From: an uncultured archaeon
GTDB lineage: Archaea; Asgardarchaeota; Thorarchaeia; Thorarchaeales; Thorarchaeaceae
Assembly (NCBI GenBank): GCA_964648855.1
Contig: CAZYLT010000006.1
Location: forward strand, 90,001 to 122,000
Reading direction: 5' to 3'
Length of the DNA: 32,000 nucleotides
Shown in pieces: positions 16,014 to 24,309 of this stretch (its first letter is position 1; each line of letters opens with the position of its first letter). The notes below the pieces were generated by a model. It was given only the letters and a program-made list of their open reading frames with translations. It ran no database searches and was not told the DNA's origin. A program made the translations under genes and the position numbers.

Positions 16014-16400
16014 GGACTAGGTGAGTGGGCCAGCAACATCGTGCGGAGCTCGCCGCCGAAAGCCCGAGGGAAGAAGTCTTCTTCTCGACGGAGGTCCGTA
16101 CTCTCCACCAATGGGAACCCATCATCTCCCGGAGAGTCCGCGGCTGTTCACCATGCTCAGATATGTCTTGCTGACTTCGGCGACGGAGCCAGTACGGGTG
16201 ATCATGAACCCGCCGTGATAAGAACTGTGGAAAGCCTCCCTGTGGCTGAGGGTGATGCCTCAGCAGTAACACAGGTGGAGGAAACCAGGACCGTGTGAGG
16301 AATACTATCCCGATGACCATGGACAAAGCCCCTGCTCACTCAGTGGCCTTCGGGTACACTGGGGACGGCGACACTGGCAGGGAACGGGTGGAACACAGAA
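16014..16400 (+). ncRNA. Unassigned large structured non-coding RNA (~390 nt)
   Basis: About 59% GC by hand count (16021-16380) between AT-rich flanks. It forms a near-continuous series of helices with cUUCGg and GCGA tetraloops and G-U pairs that favour the + strand. It has its own TATA box and no credible ORF. Confidence 0.72.
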
Positions 16401-16440
16401 GTTTCACACAATTTGAGTTCATTCAATCTGTCAGAAATAG

Positions 16441-16448
16441 TTTATATA
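16441..16448 (+). promoter_or_regulatory. Putative TATA box of the pfkB-family gene
   Basis: AGAAATAG-TTTATATA (BRE plus TATA) about 60 nt before the ATG at 16509. Confidence 0.55.
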
Positions 16449-16508
16449 GGCAAGGAATGGAATATATCTTCCTGAGCAGGTCTTTTACATAGTACTGAGG
16501 CCATCTAG

Positions 16509-17399
16509 ATGGAAATCATTGTCGTAGGACATCTGAGCAGAGATTTGATAATCACTCCTGACTATGAACGTGAGGCACTTGGTGGTGCAGCTGCCTATGC
16601 CATGATTGCTCCCCATCTTGGTGCTCTTGGTGCAGGGATAGTATCACGAGTGGGAGAAGATTTCGAACAGACATATGTTGACGATCTCCGTGAGGCGAAT
16701 TTAGATCTCTCCGGTCTACGAGTTGCTGGAGAAAAAACGACCCGGTTTGTCAACAAGTACGATAAGGACGGTAATCGGACGCAATACGTTGAGGCGGTAG
16801 CTCCCCAAATCTATCCAGCTGATTTCTCTCCAGAGCATCTTGAAGCCAATATCTTTCATTTCAGCCCCATTATCGGTGAAGTACACCCCAACTGTATTGA
16901 AACGACAAGGACCTACGGTGTACTGATTTCACTTGATGTTCAAGGCTATGTGCGGGAGAATGATGAAGGAAAAGTGATACCCAAGGAATGGACGGATGCG
17001 GAGCAAATTATTCGACATGTGGACATCGTAAAGTGTGACAAAGAAGAGATGCAGCTTTTTGCGGATGATTACTCCGAAAAGGATAGTGCTGAAAAGATTC
17101 TGAGGTGGGGCCCTCATGCTGTTATCGTTACCAAGAGCCAGGAGGGTTCATCCATTTATACTAGAAATGCTCAAGCTGATATTCCTTCAGTGGGTCCTGA
17201 AGATTATGTTGATTCAACTGGCTGTGGGGATACTTATGCAATTGCCTTTCTGCTTGAATATATGAGAACTGGCGATGTGAAAAGGGCGGGGCTTTTTGGG
17301 GCTTCAGCATCTTCATTTAACCTCGAACATGTTGGACCGTATTCTATGTCGTCGCGCTCAGAGATTGAAGATCGAATGAAGACATATATGGAAGCCTGA
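16509..17399 (+). CDS. PfkB/ribokinase family carbohydrate or nucleoside kinase
   Basis: VVGHLSRD, LGGAAAY, SLDVQG, VIVTKSQEGS and VDSTGCGDTY. Confidence 0.92.
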   Translation: MEIIVVGHLSRDLIITPDYEREALGGAAAYAMIAPHLGALGAGIVSRVGEDFEQTYVDDLREANLDLSGLRVAGEKTTRFVNKYDKDGNRTQYVEAVAPQIYPADFSPEHLEANIFHFSPIIGEVHPNCIETTRTYGVLISLDVQGYVRENDEGKVIPKEWTDAEQIIRHVDIVKCDKEEMQLFADDYSEKDSAEKILRWGPHAVIVTKSQEGSSIYTRNAQADIPSVGPEDYVDSTGCGDTYAIAFLLEYMRTGDVKRAGLFGASASSFNLEHVGPYSMSSRSEIEDRMKTYMEA

Positions 17400-17462
17400 G
17401 CACCTAATTCAAAACGCTTTTCTAGTCACTGATATTCTCTCAAAGAGTGCTGAGGTGACCCT

Positions 17463-18647
17463 TTGCTCGAAGACCTTGATGACTTGATGGAAATTCAAGA
17501 GATTGACTCTCTCATGGTTACGGGAAATGCATTCGATAATCCAGATGTCTACTGGCTCACCGGTTTTCGTTCTCCTGACAACGTTATATGCTTACACAAT
17601 CATGGAGAGGAAACCATAGTTGCCACTGCATTCAAAACCCTTGAGAGGCTGGAGAAGGAGAGTTTCATCGAAAAGACCTTTGACCTCACCGAGCTCTATC
17701 AATCCTTTATGGAACGTGGAGAACGTGCAACAGATAATCCTGAGAAAGTGATGGACGAGATTCTCAAGGAGAATTTTAATGGAAAAGTGATGGGGGTGCC
17801 CAAGCGATTCCCATCAGATATGCTAATTGCCATCCAAAAGTTGGGATGCGAGGTAAAGCCGGTTCCTGATTTACTCCTGCAAGCCAGAGCGACCAAATCT
17901 GAAGAGGAAATCAAGATGATTGAGAAGGCAGGAGAAGCTACTATCTCCGCCCTATCAAAAGTTGTTGAGATGATTAAGAATACTGGAGTTGGCGCTAATG
18001 ACATATTGATACGCGATGGTGAACCACTCACTGTACGTGATGTCAAGCAAGCATTGAATCACAACCTGCTCGATCTGTCGGCTGAGGCGGCTGAAGATTC
18101 GATTGTTGCCGTTGGTCAGATGGGGTTTGACTGGCACTATCTTGGAAATCCTGATGATGAGATAAAAGCCAATGTTCCAATTATTATAGATGTCTTTCCT
18201 CGACTTAAGATTGAACGATACGTGGCTGATGTCACCCGGACCGTCGTGAAGGGAACTCCCTGCGATAAGGTCAGGGAGATGTTTTACGCTGTCATGGAGG
18301 CTGGAGATGCAGTACTGGATGAGATGACCGCCGGTGCCAAAATCGATGACGTCAACATGGCATGCTACAACACCCTCAAGAAGCATGGCTTTGATTCTTC
18401 AAGGCTCAATCCTGGCGCAATGGAAGGAATGACGCATAGTCTTGGTCACGGCATTGGACTAGAGGTCCATGAGTATCCGAGCATGTATGTTCGCGATGGG
18501 AAATTCAAGGAGGGGCATGTGGTGGCTATTGAGCCGGCAGTATATTTGATGAACGAAGGGGGAGTTCGCATCGAGAATGACTTTGTAGTGACCAAAGATA
18601 AGCCTCGGAGAACTACCATGGGGCTGGAAGAGATATTGTATCTATAG
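17463..18647 (+). CDS. M24 family Xaa-Pro peptidase
   Basis: IIDVFP, YVADVTRT, HSLGHGIGLEVHEYP, AIEPAVY and GGVRIENDFVV. Confidence 0.93.
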   Translation: MLEDLDDLMEIQEIDSLMVTGNAFDNPDVYWLTGFRSPDNVICLHNHGEETIVATAFKTLERLEKESFIEKTFDLTELYQSFMERGERATDNPEKVMDEILKENFNGKVMGVPKRFPSDMLIAIQKLGCEVKPVPDLLLQARATKSEEEIKMIEKAGEATISALSKVVEMIKNTGVGANDILIRDGEPLTVRDVKQALNHNLLDLSAEAAEDSIVAVGQMGFDWHYLGNPDDEIKANVPIIIDVFPRLKIERYVADVTRTVVKGTPCDKVREMFYAVMEAGDAVLDEMTAGAKIDDVNMACYNTLKKHGFDSSRLNPGAMEGMTHSLGHGIGLEVHEYPSMYVRDGKFKEGHVVAIEPAVYLMNEGGVRIENDFVVTKDKPRRTTMGLEEILYL

Positions 18648-18652
18648 AGGAC

Positions 18653-19747
18653 CTAGTCTACACTTAGTGCATAGAACGGACAAACAGAGATGCACATCCC
18701 ACACCTCTGGCATTTCTCTTCATCGATTTCAAAGAGGTCTTCTTTCTTGTTCACTGTGATGGCACGATATACACATGACTTTTCACAGAGTCCACATCGA
18801 GTGCACTTCTCCAGATTGACTTGAGGCTTGTTTCTCAGAGCATGTTCCTCTTTCAAGTGAGGAAGTGCCAATCCAATCAACTGACTGACAGAATTATAAT
18901 CGTGTTCTTTGAGCCAATCAGAAATCTCACCTGCAATTCTACCATAGACTGTCTGTCCCTCAAGGATAGCGGCAGTACATACTTGAACGGCAGATGCGCC
19001 AGCCATCATAAACTCGATAGCATCTTCTCCAGAGGAAACTCCCCCGACCGCAATGACCGGAATATCAACAGAGCTGGCAATATCTGCAACGCATCGCATT
19101 GCAATGGGTTTCAGAGCTGCACCGCTCAGCCATCCCTCTCCTCCATCACTACCTAAAAATGGTTTTCCAGTTTCTATGTCAATGTGTAGGCAAGGACCGT
19201 ACGTGTTGATTGCGACAATCCCATCCACATGTTTCTCAACATCCTTAGCAACTGCCGCAACATCGACCTTCGGACTGAGTTTAGCAAAAATTGGGATTTC
19301 TACAGCATCTTTCAATGCTTTTGCAATCTCGACGTGTCCACCAACATAGTGTGTACTAAATTCGATGGCATGCATACCCGCATCTTCAATCTTCGGAGCA
19401 ATCTCAGCAACTTCTTCAGGTGTATATCCAACACTGGCTATGACGGGAAGTCCAGAACTCAAAGCAATAGGATACTCGCTTTCAAGCCATTGACACAACG
19501 AAATTTCACTCCAGAGTTCAGCGTTAAGCAACCCACGCCGTGATTTCACCCTTCCTCGCCCGAGTGCAGTTATGTTGGGATTAGGAACTTTTGCTGGCTT
19601 GATACTAACAGTCTTTGCCACTAATCCGCCGGCGCCCCCCGTAGCAGCATTAAGCAGGGTCATACCATCTCGCGCAGCCGGTCCTGCAGCTGTAAGCACG
19701 GGATTCCTGAGTTTAAGACCTGCTAAGTTGACTTTGAGATCTGGCAT
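18653..19747 (-). CDS. PreA/PydA-like FMN enzyme (dihydropyrimidine/dihydroorotate dehydrogenase family) with a C-terminal 2x[4Fe-4S] domain
   Basis: LRNPVLTAAGP, VAKTVS, LLNAELWSE, FAKLSP, AINT, GWLSGAALKPIA, AVGGV and AGASAVQVCTA, then CTRCGLCEKSC and CQRCGMCISVCP. Confidence 0.88.
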   Translation of the reverse strand: MPDLKVNLAGLKLRNPVLTAAGPAARDGMTLLNAATGGAGGLVAKTVSIKPAKVPNPNITALGRGRVKSRRGLLNAELWSEISLCQWLESEYPIALSSGLPVIASVGYTPEEVAEIAPKIEDAGMHAIEFSTHYVGGHVEIAKALKDAVEIPIFAKLSPKVDVAAVAKDVEKHVDGIVAINTYGPCLHIDIETGKPFLGSDGGEGWLSGAALKPIAMRCVADIASSVDIPVIAVGGVSSGEDAIEFMMAGASAVQVCTAAILEGQTVYGRIAGEISDWLKEHDYNSVSQLIGLALPHLKEEHALRNKPQVNLEKCTRCGLCEKSCVYRAITVNKKEDLFEIDEEKCQRCGMCISVCPFYALSVD

Positions 19748-19796
19748 AGCTCTTTTTCTTTATATCTCAGCATATGAATCCTACCCAAATTCGTGG

Positions 19797-21734
19797 TCAT
19801 TGCTGACTAGCAAGCATTTTTCTCTTTTTGAGGTCGTCAGCAACGTAATCCAACCGGAGTTCGTTCAATTTTGACTCTAGGGGAAATCCGGTTTCTAGAT
19901 CACATCCACGGTACTCATAATACTCATCAAGCATCTCGTCCAAGTCGGGAAGTCCGCCCTTGGCGGGGCCTGTGGGCATCGGTTCCTTCAAAAGACGTCT
20001 TGGAAGGGTTTCCTGTTCCCGTGTTATTCCTAAACGATGATTATAGGCCCGTCGAAGATGGCTGATTCGTTCTCCTGTTCTCTTGACGAAGGCTAGGTCT
20101 GTCCAGTCATTCATGCCCGTTAGAGGGGCGATTACGTTGGCAAATGTTTCGTAGTAATAGACTGGTGGCCACATGACACCATACTTGCAGATGACTGCTG
20201 AGTCTGTTAGTGCATACAGGTCCTCCATGTCTTTGATTAGTTCTCCCTTGTACTTTGGACTCATTATTTTCAAAATATCCTCAGCTTTTTCTTCACCAAA
20301 CCGATGTATCGCAATCTCAGGATATCCGAGTTCTTCAAGACTGGAGAGACTGCGGAGATGATCAGCGCCACGTACATTTGTAGCGTAGGTTAATCCTACT
20401 GATTGATGTGCTCTCGGATCCTGACCAGAAGCCTCGAGCCCCTTTGAATGGACCGCATACTTCCACGCCTCTCCTCCGATTATGTCCGCTGCTTCTCGAG
20501 TTCCTTTCGCGAGTATCTCGCCAATGCCCTCCTTTTTCGCAATCAGCTCGACAAGCTCTACCATGGAGTCGATATTACCCCAACTCAAGTCCAACCCATT
20601 CGTGTCCTTCTTGTCTATGATACCTTTCTCCCATAGTTCCATGGCAAACCCAATCGTCTTTCCGCAAGAGATTGTGTCCATCCCAAGAAGGTCGCAACGC
20701 TTGCCGAGATGGAAGACCGATTCAATATCATCATTCATGCAGTTGCTACCAAATGCCATGATGGTTTCGTATTCAGGACCACCCACGGGTGTTGTCTTGA
20801 ACTCCCCTTCATTGACCCTAATAATGTATTTACAGCCGACGACGCAACCATGGCAGGCCTCTTGGGCGATGCGATACTGGTTGGCAATTATCTCAGGGCC
20901 AATTTTGTCTGCGTTCTCAAAATATCCCGTCCAATGATTCTTTGTGGGAAGACGTCCTATTTCATTGATCATTGAAACCAAATCAGTGGTTCCGTACTTT
21001 CTCAAAGACTCAATAGAGCTGGCCCATAGGGGGTCTCTAACTCTTGCCATCTCTTCTTCGTTAGCCTTGAGATATGCGTCCATGTCATGGGCTTCAATGC
21101 CCATTGATCCACTGACAGCAATGCCTTTCACTTTCTTAGAGCCCAAAACTGTTCCAAGTCCCGCTCGACCAGCCGCCCTGTAGTAATCCACTATGATGGC
21201 ACCATAGAGCACCCCGTTTTCCCCAGCAGGTCCTATGACTGCGGTTTCTATTGAGGGGTCTTTGTGTTTTTCTCGAATCATATCCGTGGCGACATTCGTT
21301 TCTCTTCCCCAGAGGTCGGATGCCTCGAGGAGTTCTGCTGTCCCATCCTGAATGAAGAGATAGACTGGTTTTTCTGACCTTCCATTGAAGATAACAAAAT
21401 CATATCCGGCATACTTTAGCTCTGGTCCGAAGAATCCTCCAGAGTGGCTTTCCGCCCAGACTCCGGTGAGCGGTCCCTTTGTGGCAAACATGAATCTTCC
21501 AGAGGGTGAGAACATTGAACCTGTTAGAGGTCCCGTGCCAACAACTAGTACGTTCTCTGGCGATAGTGGGTCTGTTGACGGCCCCGTGCGGTCCCAGAGG
21601 ATTTTGGCAGCCACTCCAGTTCCGCCAAGATAAAGCCTTGCCCATTCTTTCTCCATCTCTTTCTTGTGGATCTTGCCCTTCTCCAAGTCAATGTCTAGGT
21701 ATTTTCCGGCATATCCTTTGTAGGGAAATGTCAT
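19797..21734 (-). CDS. aor: Tungsten-containing aldehyde:ferredoxin oxidoreductase family protein (AOR-2)
   Basis: ESHSGGFFGPELKYAGYD, IGPAGEN, GRAGLGTVLGSKKVK, CHGCVVGC, GPEYET, GMDTIS, DPR and RGADHL. Confidence 0.93.
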   Translation of the reverse strand: MTFPYKGYAGKYLDIDLEKGKIHKKEMEKEWARLYLGGTGVAAKILWDRTGPSTDPLSPENVLVVGTGPLTGSMFSPSGRFMFATKGPLTGVWAESHSGGFFGPELKYAGYDFVIFNGRSEKPVYLFIQDGTAELLEASDLWGRETNVATDMIREKHKDPSIETAVIGPAGENGVLYGAIIVDYYRAAGRAGLGTVLGSKKVKGIAVSGSMGIEAHDMDAYLKANEEEMARVRDPLWASSIESLRKYGTTDLVSMINEIGRLPTKNHWTGYFENADKIGPEIIANQYRIAQEACHGCVVGCKYIIRVNEGEFKTTPVGGPEYETIMAFGSNCMNDDIESVFHLGKRCDLLGMDTISCGKTIGFAMELWEKGIIDKKDTNGLDLSWGNIDSMVELVELIAKKEGIGEILAKGTREAADIIGGEAWKYAVHSKGLEASGQDPRAHQSVGLTYATNVRGADHLRSLSSLEELGYPEIAIHRFGEEKAEDILKIMSPKYKGELIKDMEDLYALTDSAVICKYGVMWPPVYYYETFANVIAPLTGMNDWTDLAFVKRTGERISHLRRAYNHRLGITREQETLPRRLLKEPMPTGPAKGGLPDLDEMLDEYYEYRGCDLETGFPLESKLNELRLDYVADDLKKRKMLASQQ

Positions 21735-21735
21735 C

Positions 21736-22227
21736 TTAGACCTCCTCCTGGACAGTTTGTATCTTCGCTACTGGTTTGATTCCACTCTTGCGACTAAGTA
21801 GTGCATTCTCAGAGAACTCGACGTATTCGATTGCACCATATTCGCATGCCTTTACACACGCTGGGTCCCCATCACACAGGTCACACTTTGCCGCTTTCTT
21901 CAATACTGGATCCATTGAGATTCCCCCATAGATACAAGCTGTCACACATCTCCCGCAACCTATACAGATGTCAGGTTCCACGTAGAGTGCCCCGCTGGAG
22001 TTTGGTCTAATGGCCCCCGTTGGGCATGCACCGTGGCAGAGGGGGTCCTCGCACTGGAGACACACCATGGGCAGAATGATGCCCTTTTTCTCATTCTTTA
22101 TGACCTTGATTCGAGACTGGCTCGGATTGAATGTTCTATAGTGCGCCACCGAACATGCGAGCTCGCAATTACGGCAGCCTGTGCATTTTTGGACATCAAT
22201 TGTTAGGATGTGTTTCATTTTTTCCAT
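21736..22227 (-). CDS. 4x[4Fe-4S] electron-transfer subunit of AOR-2
   Basis: CTGCRNCELAC, CLQCEDPLCHGACP, CIGCGRCVTAC and KCDLCDGDPACVKAC. Confidence 0.92.
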   Translation of the reverse strand: MEKMKHILTIDVQKCTGCRNCELACSVAHYRTFNPSQSRIKVIKNEKKGIILPMVCLQCEDPLCHGACPTGAIRPNSSGALYVEPDICIGCGRCVTACIYGGISMDPVLKKAAKCDLCDGDPACVKACEYGAIEYVEFSENALLSRKSGIKPVAKIQTVQEEV

Positions 22228-22431
22228 CCTCTGTTCGTGTTCTGGACGCAGTCTAGGTGTCTATAATGTTTGTACTTTAACTTGTTGTAATCCACGCTGA
22301 AATGAATTCATGTTTTCCAGACTTCCACCGAATCAGTATATATGGCATAAGTATTAGTAGATATTATACCGTGCTGCCATTGCTGAGTTAGAGAGGGTAC
22401 ATGGCGAAAAAGATCGTAGAGCAATCTAGGC

Positions 22432-24252
22432 GTGAATAAGCAGATGACAGACAACTCTGGAACAACCCCCTCAATAACATCAAGTCTTGAGCAAATCAGA
22501 ATGATACTAGAGGACATCGGGCTTGCGGTCATAGAATTGGACGAGCAGTTCCATTTGGTCTACGCGAATGCAAGTGCTCAGAAGCTATTGGGTATCGATG
22601 AGAATGATTTGAAATCCAAGATAATCGCAACAGATTTGGTTGTTGACGAACAGAAATCGCTCGTTGTTCGGGGTCTTGAGAGCCTTGCCGAGGGTGTTGA
22701 ACCAACCCCTATTACACTACGAATAAGACGGTCAGATGGCGTAGAAACCTTGGCTGAAGTATTCAGCGAGCTAATCATCGAAAATGATGAGGTCATCGGT
22801 TTTCGGGCATATGCCTTCGATTTGACTCGACGGCTAGCACTTGAAGAACGGTTCAAAGAAAAGGAAGATATCTTTCAACTCATTGTTGAAAATGCAAGCT
22901 TCACAGGTATCTTGGTTGTTAATGGCGACTATCGGTTTGAATATGTGAATGATAAATTATGCGACATGGTGGGATTGTCCCGACATGACCTCTTGGGCCT
23001 TGACTTCCGAGAAGTACTGCACCCTGAGAGTGTAGACCTAGTCGCGGAGCGATATATTAGGCGACAACGAGGTGAGAAGGTACCACGAGAATATGAGTTT
23101 CAAATAATCCGTGCTGATGGTGAAGTCAGAGATGTTATGATCAGCAGCAGTATAATCCGTAGTAATGATGAGCGAGTGAAAACAGTTGCTCAGCTCCTCG
23201 ACATAACCGAGGAGAAACAAAGCAAGCATAAACTCGAGGAGAGTGAGCGACGACATAGAACACTGATAGAAACTATGGACTCAGGTTTGGCTGTAGATGA
23301 CGAAGAAGGTATCACGGTTCTAGTAAACAAATCTCTTGCCGATATGCTTGGATATGATACGGTAGATGAGATGATCGGTAGACCTATCACTGACTGGATT
23401 CACGGATGGACAGAAAAGAATGTCAAGGAGAAGATGCAGCTCAGGAAGGCTGGTCAGAAAGAGAGCTATGAGCTGACTCTGCAAAGAAAAGACGGCAAAA
23501 TTGTGCCAACTATCGTACATGCCTCTCCAATTTTTGACCCATATTCAAATTACGTGGGCAGCTTCGCAGTATTCACAGATGTTGCTGAATTGAAAAAGGC
23601 TGAAGCAGAAGTAAGATTCTTTCTTGATCTGTTATTGCATGATATTGGAAATCAGCTGCAACTTATCTTGGCAGGAGCTGACATGCTCTCTAGAGACGCC
23701 GATGAAGATCAGATATCCCGATCGAAACAATATGTTCTGGACGGTGCTCATCGATGCCTTAGTGTTATCACCAATATTCGTCGCACTGAGCAATCTAAGA
23801 GTGAACCGCTGGCTCCGGTGAACCTGACGGAGGTACTTAAGACGCAGGTTCTCCTGTTTTCAGGGCAATATGGTGTTCACCCCACGCTGAAAGAGCTTCC
23901 CGATTCAATGTATGTTATCGCTGATAGCGCTCTAGGACATCTATTCTGGAATTTGATGGAAAACAGCGTAAAACACAATCCAAAAGATGAGAAGACTCTA
24001 GAAATCACTGGAGAACGAAATGGGGAAACCTTCATCGTGAGCTTTGTGGACAATGGTCCAGGTCTGGAAGATAATCAGAAGCAATCGCTTCTCGACCCAA
24101 CACGACGGTCTGGAGGCGTAGGTCTTCATCTTATCAGGAGAATGATGGACAAGTACGGTGGAACGATCCATGTTGATGACCGAGTTGAAGGCAGTCCAGA
24201 AGAGGGCCTGTGTATTAGAATAGAGCTTCAAATAGCTGAAGACAAATCATAG
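22432..24252 (+). CDS. Cytoplasmic sensor histidine kinase with three PAS/PAC domains
   Basis: Three PAS-PAC repeats (YANASA...RRSDG, YVNDKL...RADG, LVNKSL...RKDG). H-box LLHDIGNQL, N-box NLMENSVKH, G1 DNGPG and G2 GGVGL. The start may be the ATG at 22444. Confidence 0.92.
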   Translation: MNKQMTDNSGTTPSITSSLEQIRMILEDIGLAVIELDEQFHLVYANASAQKLLGIDENDLKSKIIATDLVVDEQKSLVVRGLESLAEGVEPTPITLRIRRSDGVETLAEVFSELIIENDEVIGFRAYAFDLTRRLALEERFKEKEDIFQLIVENASFTGILVVNGDYRFEYVNDKLCDMVGLSRHDLLGLDFREVLHPESVDLVAERYIRRQRGEKVPREYEFQIIRADGEVRDVMISSSIIRSNDERVKTVAQLLDITEEKQSKHKLEESERRHRTLIETMDSGLAVDDEEGITVLVNKSLADMLGYDTVDEMIGRPITDWIHGWTEKNVKEKMQLRKAGQKESYELTLQRKDGKIVPTIVHASPIFDPYSNYVGSFAVFTDVAELKKAEAEVRFFLDLLLHDIGNQLQLILAGADMLSRDADEDQISRSKQYVLDGAHRCLSVITNIRRTEQSKSEPLAPVNLTEVLKTQVLLFSGQYGVHPTLKELPDSMYVIADSALGHLFWNLMENSVKHNPKDEKTLEITGERNGETFIVSFVDNGPGLEDNQKQSLLDPTRRSGGVGLHLIRRMMDKYGGTIHVDDRVEGSPEEGLCIRIELQIAEDKS

Positions 24253-24309
24253 ACACCAAAATTGTTAATTCTAGTAGTCTTCATTGTCATCCATCGTGGA
24301 GAAGATATC

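Noticed and set aside
16014-16400. SRP RNA, RNase P RNA, group II intron, T-box, cobalamin or Moco riboswitch
   Set aside because: Only isolated words match: GGACUAGG, GAGGAAAC, ACAGAAG, GUGCG, GGGUGGAAC and AGCCUCCC. I could not find the SRP helix-8 CAGG-GNRA-AGCAG motif, the RNase P P4 pairing, intron domain V, the T-box antiterminator or the B12 box. This rejection is by eye only; cmscan is needed.
16000-16492. Short ORFs of 65-108 aa over the structured region
   Set aside because: They overlap each other, have atypical composition and lack motifs. Such ORFs are expected in a GC-rich non-coding island.
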